From Antedon mediterranea (taxonomy: Eukaryota; Animalia; Echinodermata), in NCBI RefSeq assembly GCF_964355755.1, contig NC_092675.1, positions 14,790,912 through 14,854,911 on the forward strand: a stretch of DNA of 64,000 nt, given 5' to 3'. Both the position numbers and the translations under genes were made by a program. The first letter of the stretch is position 1. Every line of letters starts with the position of its first letter. This document shows, piece after piece, positions 49,570-62,243 of this stretch. Below the pieces are notes generated by a model. That model was not told where the DNA came from. It made no database searches and saw only the letters and a list, made by a program, of their open reading frames with translations.

Positions 49570-51788
49570 CAAAGAAGATGAAAAAAAAAAGATATTTACA
49601 ATCACATGGGTTATCCTGCAACTAAGTTGCGGATAACCAATAAAGATTTCATACAATAACAATAGGTGATCATTTAGATTCTAAATGATCACCTAATGGA
49701 TTAAATACCTCCTTCTATCCGGGTGCAAGTACAATCATGATATTGAAAAGGTACTACAGTATAATAGACCAATTAATTGTCATCATTCTGTATGACACTG
49801 TTGTATAATATTTTTGAATGTCACCGACAAATTATACATATACACGTCTGTTCCCAGTGTACATAATAAAACAATATATATTTCTGGAGATCTCTTATCA
49901 ATACCACTAGAAACTTAGGTTTTTTTACTTTTTAAGTACTAAATGCATTGACAATAAAAGCATCAGAAGTGTATTTTAAAATCATGTTATAGATCATTAT
50001 AAAATCATACTACACACTACAGTACACAAGGGTGTTTTCAGGAAAGCTGGACATATTGTACAATAGTAATGAAACTATGTATTGGCATATATATATGCAA
50101 AAGACAGTGTTGATTTTTGACAAATTGTAGTCACAAACAAACAGATGATAGAATGAAGATCCATATGAACAATTGTGTAATCGTGTCTCATATAGTGTCT
50201 CAGGATAATGATGTGTCATTGTTTTATACCAATATACTGGCACCTGGAGAGGATTTGTTAAATGGAGTCTGTGACAGTGTCACTTTTATTCTAAAAGACA
50301 GAAACATTTTGTTACAGAAGCATAAAGAGGAAAATGCATCTAAAGTACCTTTTAATAGTGAGAAACGAATTATATATCATTATTAAAATTAGAGTATTTA
50401 TTCAAATAAACACCCGCTTTGAATATAAGCCACCCTCAAATAAATGCTCACCCCTCCCTTCGATTTAAACTCCCCGCCACATGCATGCACAAATAAGGCC
50501 ATATGTATGTCTGCAGTCGCGTGCTCAAATTTGAGTTAGTGTTTACCGACCAACCGACCGACATAGTGAGCTGTAGAGCACATTTCAATGACTACCATAA
50601 TCTACAATTTACCAAGCATTTTGTATCACTTTTTGATATTAATTGTGCTGTATTTTTTTTATATCTGCTGTAGGTAGTATTTATTTGATTATACACGTTA
50701 CCATATTACACCCAAAAAAATAAAAATAAATGCTCCCCTAAAAACCCTTCTGACCAATAAATGCCCGGGCCGTTTATTAGATTAAATTTGGTAAGTTACT
50801 TCTAGCATTCTGAAAAGAATTCTGCTGAGCTCGACGTTTCAATCAAAATGTTTGATCGTCCTCGGGGGTCAACAATACTTTCTAGCATTATTATAAGCAA
50901 AAATACAATTACAAACAGTAAAGGATTTGTTTTCAATCCTATAATGAAACAATTTAAAGCATAAGTTATTGCATATACATTACTGTCCAAGGATAAGTTT
51001 TTTGTTTGAAACAATAACATTAGTAATTAATAGTATTTCTGGTCATCAGTTTTAAACACATTTTCTATTAGAATGAATGTAAATAAATGTTTATTTCGAG
51101 CAATTTGGGACCAGGACCAGTACTTACAGCGATATGAAGATGCCCTGGTATGTGGGTCAAAGGTCAGAAATGGCATTTCCGGTCATTTTTGACTGAAATG
51201 TTCCATTAGGCTGAATATAAATGCATGCATTAGTCTGAACATTTTGAGACCAACATTGACTTGCTGCTACCAGTGGTTGCCGAGATACAAGTAGCTATTT
51301 ATAGTTGTTCGTATAACCCTTGACCCTGACTCTTTGACCTTTTGTAACATTTTTCAAAATGTGTAACAAATAACAAAATGTATATTTCGAACAATTTAAG
51401 ACCAAATTAAAGTGTCTACGACCAGTAGTTACGGAGATACATATATGCCCTGGGTTGTGGGTCACCGGTCATTTTTGACTGAAATGTCCCATTAGACTGA
51501 ATATAAATGTATACCTACTAATCAATTTGAGACAATACCTTACTGTGACCAGTGGTTGTTGAGATTTAAGGACATGTTGGTGTTTGGTATTATAACCTTT
51601 CACCCTAAATTCTCTGGACTTAAAAGTGCATGAAAGTTGATCTACTGTAGCTACTAGAGTAATATTGTTAATGTTTATACTGTTGATGTTAAATATTTTT
51701 AAATAATTAAAATCTTATTGATACTCTGATATAAAAAAACAATAAATTTCAGTTTAGTTCACTTTGTCACTGTAAGGGAAAACAATAC

Positions 51789-51883
51789 CTGCATGGATGA
51801 AACTGTTGTATAACTGCAATTACAATTCCATTTGACAACTTGTCTGTAAAGCTCATTGCTCCATACACAAATGCACCACTCTC
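51789..51883 (-). CDS. MFSD12: MFSD12 exon
   Basis: 95 nt, [35 protein letters not shown] contains the MFSD12 signature SGAFVYG.MSF.DK..NG. Confidence 0.95.
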
Positions 51884-53156
51884 CTTGAATAACAAAAGTA
51901 GAAATTACTCGCATTGTCATTGGATAAATCTGAGAGTTTAGAATTTAAAGCATCAATTCCAGAATCTTATACAATACCATGTAAATCTAAAACAATAAAA
52001 CCAATCTCCATTCTGCCACGTGACTCTGATGAACTGAAACTCCACTCCATCGGCTATAATAAATGTTAGACCCTTGATTCGAAAACACCTATTTTGGATA
52101 GGTAACCTCAAATAGAAGTAAAATTAAAATTAAAACACCCAAACAATTGAATACGCCTCAATCAGCTTTACCCTATTTGGACATCATCCCATAGACTCTT
52201 GTGGCCGGTTTTCCTCTTTGTCAGGTTGGTAGAGAATGGCGGAATCTTACATCTTAAAATGCCATGGATATTCTCGATACTTTCACTTCATCCTACAAGA
52301 ATACTCACCTTAAATTATACCTAGAGTATTATTACACAGTGAAAAGGTTAGCACCAACAAATAAATCATATATGATGGAGCCCTTCTTTTGTGCTAAAAC
52401 ATTGGTGGATGTACTAATGAATGAATTGTATGAAAATTTAATTTGAAAGATCGACTGAAATATTCTCTCCATGAAATGAATATAAAACATTCATTATTTG
52501 TTTTTTAAAACACCTACTGTGAATTGTATTTTTTTTTAAATGCGACTTAGTTTAGACTTTTTTGTGTAGAAGGAAGGCTAGGCCTAGAGCTGCTTTCTGC
52601 TTCATAGCAATACGAAAGAATGAGAAAAATGATCTAATCCTGTTTTTCACACCTAAAGCTTTTAATTCGGCAATAACTAGAAATTTTAAAAGCTTCTCGA
52701 CCCCGTCACAGGTAACAGACAAATCACCGGAAAATCACCATTTGGCCTGATGATACGCTCTGAATATGTTGTGAAATGTTGCTGTTTCAAAACAAGCAAG
52801 TCCAGCTGAGCAGATTTAATTGAATATCCACAGTACATTTTTGGTACGTCTAAAAAAATGTGAAGAAGGATTTGACCGCAGAGCGGCAGCAATTATAGAT
52901 GCCCCACTCTATAGATTGATCTTTATTGTTTATTCTTATATCTTCACCAACCAGTCTTTTTTTCCACACACAAGATAAAATACTCAAAATTTGTACAAAA
53001 AGGTGAACTTTCATATAGTACCATTCATTATCAATACTAGACAGTTTCCATACAGTGGAAATAATACCGAACAACACATGATATGTTAATTAATTATTGA
53101 GGGGCAAAAATACAGTCAAATTAGCAAATTCTGAAAGATAATAAAAACAAACTTAC

Positions 53157-53324
53157 TGTATTAAGATTGATAAGGTCTGCTGTCATCGACAGTGATGTCA
53201 CTAAAACAGTGGAACCTCCAACTCCAAGTAGTACTGTAGGTATATATATGTATTTTCCATTGTGTATAAAATAAAAACATACACAGGCAACAAGAATAAG
53301 TAGTGCACCTATACCATATGTTAT
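53157..53324 (-). CDS. MFSD12: MFSD12 exon
   Basis: 168 nt, AG/GTAAGT. ITYGIGALLILVACVCFYFIHNGKYIYIPTVLLGVGGSTVLVTSLSMTADLINLNT. Confidence 0.95.
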
Positions 53325-53667
53325 CTTAAGAAAAGTAAGAGAAACTGTGTTTAAGTTTTGAATTTTAATTCATACATTAAAAACATTTCTTGTAAGTTTA
53401 AGACCATTTTTGTTGTTGAAGAAAACATATGCCATCATTAATGATCTAAATATTAATGATCTGAAATATTATGGCATATTGTATGTTTGTATTTAATACA
53501 CTGTACTAGATTTTTGTTTCGATTAAACTGATCTGATTACAGTACAATGAATTTCTTTCTGTAAAGTGGATAAATGGCTAGATCAAATTACATTACATTT
53601 AATGGTTTATCAATGTTGATGATAACATTTGAATATTTGTTGTGAACCAAGTTCTATAGATACATAC

Positions 53668-53760
53668 CTTCCTACCCAAATGGTCATTAACAAATTTGAC
53701 AAACACTGATGCCAGGAAACTGCTGACATACACGACTAATGGAATGATAGCAACTGAATC
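53668..53760 (-). CDS. MFSD12: MFSD12 exon
   Basis: 93 nt, AG/GTATGT. DSVAIIPLVVYVSSFLASVFVKFVNDHLGRK. Confidence 0.95.
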
Positions 53761-53996
53761 CTAAAAAAGGAATTAAAATTTAAATTATAATATAGGGTGC
53801 TCTGAATTTTCACACAAAGAACCTATAACACATTGAAAATGATGCATCAGAAGTACAATACATGATTGTAAAACATCTAATTCAATACCAGATTTGGTGG
53901 AAAAACTGAAAGTGTACTGTTTATAACACTCGTTTGTTTCTGAATTTTTTCTTTTCCTTTTGTTTTAAGAAATAAAAAAGAACAATGCATACATAC

Positions 53997-54089
53997 TTTG
54001 TTTGATTGCAATGTTTCTAGAAGGTACATTGGAATGTAAACCTGAGAAATGTTCACCATCAACCTGGCACACATGTATATCATTGCAAC
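53997..54089 (-). CDS. MFSD12: MFSD12 exon
   Basis: 93 nt, AG/GTATGT. VAMIYMCARLMVNISQVYIPMYLLETLQSNK. Confidence 0.95.
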
Positions 54090-54214
54090 CTATGGTAAAG
54101 AAAACAAAACTTACATGAAAAATGTAAACTATTGCACTATTTAACACTTTTGGTATCTATTGACACTTTTTAGCTGATCATTCATACTAAATGTTTAATA
54201 AATAGATATGAGAC

Positions 54215-54379
54215 CTGATAAAATTGAATCTGTTTTAACCAACATCTCCATCTCATTGGCTTGCTTCTCTGATTATTTGCCTGGATTGACCGATTGCCAA
54301 TTGATGCATTTTCTCTTGTTCCTATATGAAATATACAAGAAAATACTAGTCCAATTCCAACCACTAAAAAGGACAATTC
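54215..54379 (-). CDS. MFSD12: MFSD12 exon (TM6 and central loop)
   Basis: 165 nt, CAG/GT. ELSFLVVGIGLVFSCIFHIGTRENASIGNRSIQANNQRSKPMRWRCWLKQIQFYQ. Confidence 0.95.
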
Positions 54380-54725
54380 CTGAAATAAAGAAACAAGAAT
54401 GAATATTATACACATAAGCCAAGTGAAAATAGAATATTTCATATTCCACAGAATGATTTATTTGTTCCATTGCATGAGTATAAAACATTCATAATTTGTT
54501 TTTACACACTTACTTTTAACGAGAGGCAAAGGAAACGCAACTCCAATTTTGAATGAGGAGTAGAACAATTATAGATCAGTTTTCCATTGTGGATACAAGA
54601 ATGAATATGCATATAATATTTTTTATATATGAAACTTTGGGAGACAAGTCTCTTGGAGAGGACGGATAGCCACATAGCTGTAATAAAGCTAGTGGCTTAA
54701 TTAATCAGCCTCTGCTTTAACGAAC

Positions 54726-55920
54726 CATGGATTAAAGAATAGAAGGATATGCATCGACGTGAGATCAAGGGTTCCTTGACTCTCGCCGACAGACCGCGGA
54801 CCGCCCACAATGTTATCAGTTTAATTAACCGCATGGTAACAACGAAACGGTCGCGTGCCTAATATATTGTTTACTGCACATGTGCAACGACATTTAACCT
54901 TGTTGGCTATGCTTCTTTCGCGCGCGTTCTTTGGTGGCATGATGTTTTAGTGCTAACAACAATGGCGACGAAAAATTTATACGACAACGAATTTAGTTAT
55001 AACCTTTCTGATGAGGAATTGTAGATGCTATAATTGTAATTAGTATAGGTTTCTGCCGCGATTGATCTATGCTAATGTTTTTATGACATTAAAGTAGCAT
55101 TTTATGACCTGTAGTGGCTGAGACAATAACTATTTGTTGTCTCAGCCTACATGTAAAATTAGAAAATCAGCAAGGATACTAATAATAATAATAATTAATA
55201 ATAACAGGTTTTTATAGCGCACATACCACTCAAGAGTCTGACAAATAAAATGCAATTTCTTTGGAGGGTCCCCATCCGTTCTCGTTCTGTCGCGGTCCCG
55301 GCCTTCTAGGCTTACTAGTAAACCATGATTTGCCGACATTGATACTGCCTAGGTAGGCCTAGGCTAATCTTAAGTGTAGTAGATACAACGTGTAATCATG
55401 ATCTATATACTCACCGTTGTCTTACTTCTTGTGTGAATAATAATAGGTACTTCGTTTGTTCGTGATTAAGTTTGCCCTGCGTGTACTTTTCAAAACGACC
55501 GCTAGGTAACGAATCGCATCGCAACTATACATAGCCAGCCAATCCCGGATCAGGGATCGCTGTTTTCATCAATTAGACCCGGTGATTGGATGTGATGTAG
55601 ATGACATAACCACTAGCCAATCACCAGGCACTACAATTTAAATATAATCACATCGATAATTAAGGAGATTTATGAAGAAACCACTGCTTAGCCATATATT
55701 AAGAACATTCAGACTGCGCATACGATTTCTACAAGGTTACGTTTTGGTCTAAAAAAATGTAACAGTTGATTCGCAGCGTTTTACAGAGGGCCGCGGTTAG
55801 AGACACGGAGTTCAATGAGCGTGTTTGTTTGATTGGCAGCAGTGCTTTAGTATAGGCAAGCCCGTTGTAAAATCGTTTGATGTCACCGTCATTGCATATC
55901 CTTCTATTCTTTAATCCATG
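54726..55920. mobile_element. Non-autonomous P-element-like transposon
   Basis: Perfect 28-bp TIR catggattaaagaatagaaggatatgca with CAT...ATG ends. 7-bp TSD aacgaac / aactaac (one mismatch). Confidence 0.8.
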
Positions 55921-57279
55921 AACTAACTTAACTTACAAAAAATCCAAACAAAACAAAAATCACTAAATTTACTAAAGGTGCTTTAAAATATTGTCAAAGG
56001 TTTTTTTTATTAAAATGATAAAATAGTTTTGGAGTAAACACCAGATTGCAGTTCCAAAGTGAGATAAAAGAACATTATGATGAGTTAAATGTCTGCGAAC
56101 AAGCAAACAGAATATTAAAGGTATCTGAGTGATGAAAACGTGCCGATCGACATTTAGGTTGAACAGCAATATCAGAAGGAATAAAGTGAAAAATCTAACA
56201 ATACAATTTTAAGTATGAACGACACTCTTAATATAAAAAATTAGTCTTATAACAGAGAGGGAAGATGTATTCCATGATTTACAATTACATTAATATTTTC
56301 AATGCAAATTTTTCAATTCAAATTTTTGAACTCGTTCAAATCTATAACTTGAATAAAATTCAATGGGCATTGCATACTTGATGATGTAAGTGTGAAATGG
56401 AGTATTGATTGAATACCATTTGACCCATAATCATCCAATCAAATAACAATATACTCTATACTACTACTATATATAACTATAAAAATATATATACAGTACT
56501 ACTACTACTATAACAAACAAAAAAATGCAAATATTTGTCCAAAAAATGTAATATTTTGAATGGCATTGTGGGATGAATATTGTGGCAATGGAGCTATAAT
56601 GGAGTATGTTGAGTATGACTATTTTATATATATCATATTTTTTTTGGATGAGTGGATATTTAATATAACATTTGCTGTGAATTTAAACTAAATGAAACAA
56701 TAAAGAAATACAATGTAAACTATAATGCATTTGTCATGAATGTATGCCTAGTTCTATCTGCTTAGACCTAATGATCAGATTGGTTTAAACTCAAGGCATT
56801 CGAATGTTGATCGTTGTGTCTGAACACCTTAAATTTTAACGCCATGGATTACCGTACGCCTTGCGTTAGATAACAAATTTAACGCCGTAAATCTGAACTA
56901 AAACCTTTATTAGATACTTGTTTAATCCTCGTCAAAATTTGAGTATAACCCTGTGATCTAAACATCTGAACCTGAGCAGCATTTTATGTTAAATTTTACA
57001 TATGATATTTTATTTTATAATTCTCAAGCACTATTAATGAATATTACATAGCCTATGTAAATACGTGAACGCAATTGGTTGAAACTGCATCACATGACTA
57101 CCGCTGCGAGGATCATAAATCGTATATATCCTTGAGTACGATGATATTGACTGAGTAATTTTCGCGTAACTATCGTGTCCCTGTCATTAAACATATAAAA
57201 TCCAGCAAATTCTCGAGTACGATGATATTGACTGTGTAATTTTCATGTGGCAACACTCGCGTTTGGCGGTAAATAAACA

Positions 57280-57360
57280 AAAGTCATCTACTGAGACTTG
57301 AACTTGCGACGAATTGTCATTCCATCACAAGACAACGCTTCATCCGCTGCGCCACGGAAC
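57280..57360 (-). mobile_element. tRNA-derived SINE-like head (not a functional tRNA)
   Basis: Minus strand gttccgTGGCGCAGCGGatgaagcg...gcaaGTTCAAGTCtc, i.e. A-box and B-box-like motifs. No proper cloverleaf. Confidence 0.5.
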
Positions 57361-57506
57361 TTGCTTGAAGAAATTAATCAACTAAACTATTTAAACTATG
57401 CATACATAGCATCCTCATTTGTTGTTAGTCCTCCCTAGATGTGATGAAAGACCGTTTGTGATTGGTTAATACTCACAGTGGTAACTTGGTGAACAAACTG
57501 TAATAA

Positions 57507-58668
57507 TTGGTTATCCGCACTTGGCGGATAACCCATTGTTATTGTCACGATCTTTTTTTTTTTTTCTATATTCTTCTTTCTTTCCCAGAATTTTGTGTCA
57601 CGTGTATCTCAAATTCTTATCAACATTACATTGTATAACTTTGTCAGAAGATTGACCTCTATCTGTAGAAGTGCAGGACAGTTCGTTTTTTTACTTTAGA
57701 GTCGCGCAGCATAAGTTACGCGCGATTTTATGAATTTCGCGTATTTAACATAGACTAAAAACCAAAAGTCATTTTGTAATGACACTTAGTGAACATTTAA
57801 GTCATATCAAGGGCAAACTTTCTATGGATTAAAAATGGCATGATTCACAAAAAGTGCGTTTAAAATTTCAGAATGCGAAAAATCAATTTCTAATCAACTT
57901 TCTACGCGTTTCATGTCATTTTAAGCATTTCAAATCCCAAGCACGTGCAAATTTTTACGCGCGCGGTGCGCACGTAGCGTATAACATCTTTTTTTTGCGT
58001 GATTTATGTTTTTCCAGCCTTTTCTAGTAATTTTTTAACAATTTCTACTTAAAATCATGTCATACGAGCACGTGGAATTGGATAATTTGCGCGCGTTTTT
58101 GATGAAAAAGTTCAACAATTCATCAAAATTATGCCTTTTTTTAAACAGTCATAGATTCTAAACTACAAGGTGAATTTTATTTTTTATTACATATTCTGAA
58201 AGTAGATGAGTTGTAGATACCGAATCATGCATTGATATGGCTAACCTAATATTGTGACGTCATCGTATGGCCACTCGAATATAAAATAGAGGATTTTTGT
58301 CTCTTTTGTCATAGCTCATCATATTTAATAGAGCGCATCTCCACTTATCCGTATTGCATTTTTCCCCATGTTTTTATATTGTCTAGGTCAATCAATTATC
58401 TTTCGCATGATTTACCATTTTTATATTTTTTGTGAATCATCATGTCCAAAAGCGTCAATAACTTTGGTCACTTATTTTCACCTATTCTGCACTGTATGTA
58501 GTACGTTTACAGTATATAGTGTTATACTGTATAAAATAGAGAGCGCACTAACATTGTTTCAATGGCATAATCGTTTTTCTGTGCGCAATATTCTAACGTA
58601 TGACGTTCACGTGGCGTTTGCGCTGCGGATAACCTAACTCGTCCGTAGTGACGAGTTCAAATCTAGTT
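57507..58668 (+). mobile_element. Complete HINE (Helentron-type), ending 37 bp from an MFSD12 exon
   Basis: 5' ttggttatccgcacttggcggataacc (subTIR plus inverted copy); 3' gcggataacc, stem-loop aactcgtc..gacgagtt, then caaatCTAGtt. Confidence 0.8.
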
Positions 58669-58705
58669 ATATAGTTATAATATTCCATTAATTTCAATTA
58701 TTTAC

Positions 58706-58823
58706 CATAAATTGGGGCTTGTCTGCTGGTGTTAAGTTTCCAGTGCTTGTCTTCATAATGACATCAATTAATATCAAACATAATGTATACACTAATATAT
58801 TGGAGATAATGGTGAAGGCATAT
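58706..58823 (-). CDS. MFSD12: MFSD12 exon
   Basis: 118 nt, phase 2 to 0, TAG/GTAAAT. (R)YAFTIISNILVYTLCLILIDVIMKTSTGNLTPADKPQFM. Confidence 0.93.
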
Positions 58824-60380
58824 CTATAAGAAATATAATAATGATATTTACTGTATTTTGATTCAATCATAAACTATTAAAATTAAATTTTAAGTTAATT
58901 GCACTACTATACCAATAGTTTAATGCAATCTGAACAGTGATTTTTTAGGTCCTAAGAATAATACATTATAATTAAGAAAGAAAAGGTAATATAAATTGAA
59001 AATAGAAATATTTTGTACCAGATTTCTGACAGGGACCACCATTAAAAATAAATGTCATGGTAGACCATACATTTTTTATGATAGTATAAAATACACCTTG
59101 AAATCATAAATTCCACAATCCTAAACAGTTTATGCCAAGGAGATTACTACTATGATGAGAAGAAATCAAGGTCTTGCAATCATGCAAAGCAAATCCTTGA
59201 TTCTCATAGGTCTTTTCTAAACATCTCAATGCTGAATAACACTAATGTCAATACTTTGGTATGATTTTTGAGAATGACATACCACTCCACCTAGATATAG
59301 CCAGCAACATTACTTTCATGATGGTAGTGTCAAGTAAAATTACATGGACATATAACAAAAATTCCAGGCAAGATATTGGTTTAGTGACGTTTTATTATTA
59401 TGCCTTTGTTTTACATAGGAGCTACCCAGAGAGCAGTTGATTAGAAGCTACCTGGGAGAGGAGGGGGAGAGAGAGATAAAGGGGAGAGGTGGGAATGATA
59501 ACCAAGTTGTCACACTTATCTAAACAAAATATTTTAATATATATTATATTGATTGCACTACCACCACCAAAATGAACTGTGTTAAAGTTGTATCATTGTT
59601 TTATTCCATTTCAATTGTTATTGTAATTAATAAGGTATGTTCTAGTTTTCAATTTTTTTTCTTTATACATTAACATACATAATTTTTATATATTTTGTTA
59701 ATTTGTAATTTGTTACTGATGATACCGAGGCATACTGCTTTCAAAGAATATTAAATCAGTATGCTCACTACTATCCTAGGCCTTAATAGGGATAGATGAT
59801 GAATTTGTCGATTTTTTTATTCATGAAGTTAGCGAAACCGTTTACAGTATCAAACAGCAGCATTTTATTTTTATTGACATTGACAAAAAAAATTTAAATT
59901 GAATCTTATTTCCACCAATAAACACATTAATAGATGGATTCCACCAAGTGTTTAGCCATCTTTTATAGTTTCTCTTGTATATTGAACATGGAGTAGGCAA
60001 TAATGAAACATGTCTGTAAAATCATAAATTTAAGTGATTTTATTTGTTACTTTTTATATGATTGACCTTCATCTAAGGTGTGGTTCACAATAAAGTTAGT
60101 TAACAAACATGGGGTCGAAATACAAGACAGGTGCGAAAGCTTGTTATTATCATTATTATCATAATTATTGAAATCATTATTTGCATTCACAAACAGTACT
60201 GTATGTGTTCTTTCACAAAGGTTACAACAAGAATACGTTGGCGAAGTAAAAGGTTTACACAATTTGTTTCCAAAAAGAAAAGTAGAGTTTAGAGAGTAAA
60301 TGTTTGGTAGGCAAGTAAATTTGAGCCAAATGCTATATAAAAAAAGAACAATGCAATTGAATTACACTGTGATAGTTTAA

Positions 60381-60927
60381 AGATGTATTGTCCCTTGAAA
60401 CACAAAAAAATTAAGGTCAAAATATTCTAAATTTAAATTGGTAATTTCAAAGTAATATTAAAGTTATTCACTTTAAGTCAAAAATTCAAACCAAAAACAA
60501 CAAGTTTACGTAATTAACAGGTAAATTAATTTGATTACATTTCATCTGGAAAATTGTCGCGAGCGAAAGTAAACAAAGATTTCAAACCATGAGTATGCAT
60601 TATGCATGATGCTAATTAAGATTGTTTATAACTCGTCACGGTTGAGAAGGTGTTTTCACACAGATCGCGAAGAAATTTTATGATTATGCACACAGAGCAG
60701 CCAAACAAGCGCGTTGCATTATGAGATATGTTTTGATCTAAAACTTTGACTGGAAGTCAAAGTTATTTTTGAACAAAAAACGTCTTTATTTCAATTAAAT
60801 GATTTTTTGTCCCACAAATTTTTAGTGAAACTTAATAACTATTATGTGATACTTCAAAATTACCCACTTTTTTCGAAATATTTATTTTTATTTTTTTTGT
60901 GGAATTAGTCAAAGGGACAATACAGCT
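60381..60927. mobile_element. Kolobok-like MITE with TTAA TSD
   Basis: TTAA|agatgtattgtccct ... agggacaatacagct|TTAA. Confidence 0.8.
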
Positions 60928-61383
60928 TTAATCCTTGCCAGACTGATACAGGTTATCGATACATTTACACAAAAGTATAATATAGTAGGACTGGCTTTTT
61001 TTTGTTAATTTTAATAATTGTGGGTGGCATTGATCCAATCTATTTTCACCCACACTAAATATGCTGCCTTGATAGGAATAGTTTAAAGATCCACAATTTA
61101 AAACCACCAATTTGTAAGACATATTCAATATATAAATTGAATAATTTCATCAGATTATTCCCATAAAAGGGTCCAATTGAAATTAGTTTCTTTAAAACTT
61201 TTTGGGCTAATCCTTGCTATCAGATTTTAATTGTGTTACATTTTAAATAATTGTTTTATTGTTATGTATGTGTATAACTATAAAGCTATAAAGTTAAATC
61301 AAATCAAATGTGTTGATATAATGATGTTTTTTTATGTTTAAATTATTTTAGTGTAAAATATTGTATAGAAGTATTGTTCAAAC

Positions 61384-61594
61384 CTGATTGCATTTAACTC
61401 TGTTCGTTCACTTTTATTACTCGTTAGTTCAGGTAACAGGGCTAAATGAGAGATCTGTGTTGATGCCCATCCAAATTGAAAGATGACGATAAAAGGAGCA
61501 TAATAAACAAACTTAATAATGCTAGTAGTGTCATCATGGCAACCGATACAATCATTAAAGATAAAAACAAAACTGCAAGTCACACAAAATGTTC
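61384..61594 (-). CDS. MFSD12: MFSD12 exon (probably exon 2; exon 1 lies beyond the window)
   Basis: 211 nt, CAG/GT. GTFCVTCSFVFIFNDCIGCHDDTTSIIKFVYYAPFIVIFQFGWASTQISHLALLPELTSNKSERTELNAIR matches the MFSD12 motif YY.PFIVIFQFGWASTQISHL.L.PEL. Confidence 0.97.
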
Positions 61595-61895
61595 CTGGAA
61601 TAAAAAAAAAAAAATTAAACCATAAAACAATAAATAGTTTATCTTTATTTGTATTTGAGGTAAATAAATTTAATATTAATGTAAATGTGAACAAGATGTT
61701 TCCTGGATAGTTGCTGTTGGCCTTGTTTAGGCAAATATAAAAAAGAAAACTTAAACATGGTAGATTAAAATTATATATACAGTCTAATCTTATACTTGTA
61801 GAGCATAGTCAACAATTCTCTCCAAGAGTGCTTTTTTTTTATATCAGTTTGCTTTCATGGATAAATTGCATACACTTGTATGTACATTTGCTTAA

Positions 61896-62243
61896 AGATG
61901 TATTGTCCGTCAAAAACATAAAGAATGAAGATTAATTAAATCAGACTTTGAATATGTTATTTTGTAGTTTTAATAAAGTTCATCACTTCAATAGAAAAAA
62001 AATGAAAAAAAAAATCATGTTTTCACTTATAAAACGACAAAAAAAATGTTAAAATTCCACCAAAAATCCATTGGCTGGCAGCCAATTTGACCATTTTTTG
62101 CTTTAAATTACATTATTTCAGTTAAATACATTTTTTTTTCGATCCAATTTTTGGTCAAAGTGGATAACTATTATGTTACATTAAAATGCAATATTCAACA
62201 AAAAATTTTTAAGAATTAATTTTTCAGGGGGGACAATACATCT
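61896..62243. mobile_element. Kolobok-like MITE with TTAA TSD (shorter relative)
   Basis: TTAA|agatgtattgtcc ... ggacaatacatct|TTAA. Confidence 0.8.

Larger units (their letters stand above)
44495..49643 (-). mobile_element. HINE B (middle; subTIR ggttatccgc)
   Basis: 3' end aactagatttgaactcgtcattttgacgagttcgggttatccgc; 5' end gggttatcctgcaactaagttgcggataacc. Confidence 0.75.
43036..49696 (-). mobile_element. HINE A (outer shell of nest; subTIR aggtgatca)
   Basis: 3' end aactagaatttaattcgtcactttgacaaattataggtgatca; 5' end aataggtgatcatttagattctaaatgatcacctaa. Confidence 0.75.

Noticed and set aside
52024-52045. CTGATGA-act-GAAA-ctc hammerhead-like core
   Set aside because: There are only 3 nt between the boxes, so no helix II, and no convincing helix I.
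55142-55339. THAP or transposase remnant in the P-like element
   Set aside because: No C2CH pattern or other transposase motif is visible.
57280-57360. tRNA gene
   Set aside because: A and B boxes are present, but the acceptor and anticodon stems do not form; treated as a SINE-like head.
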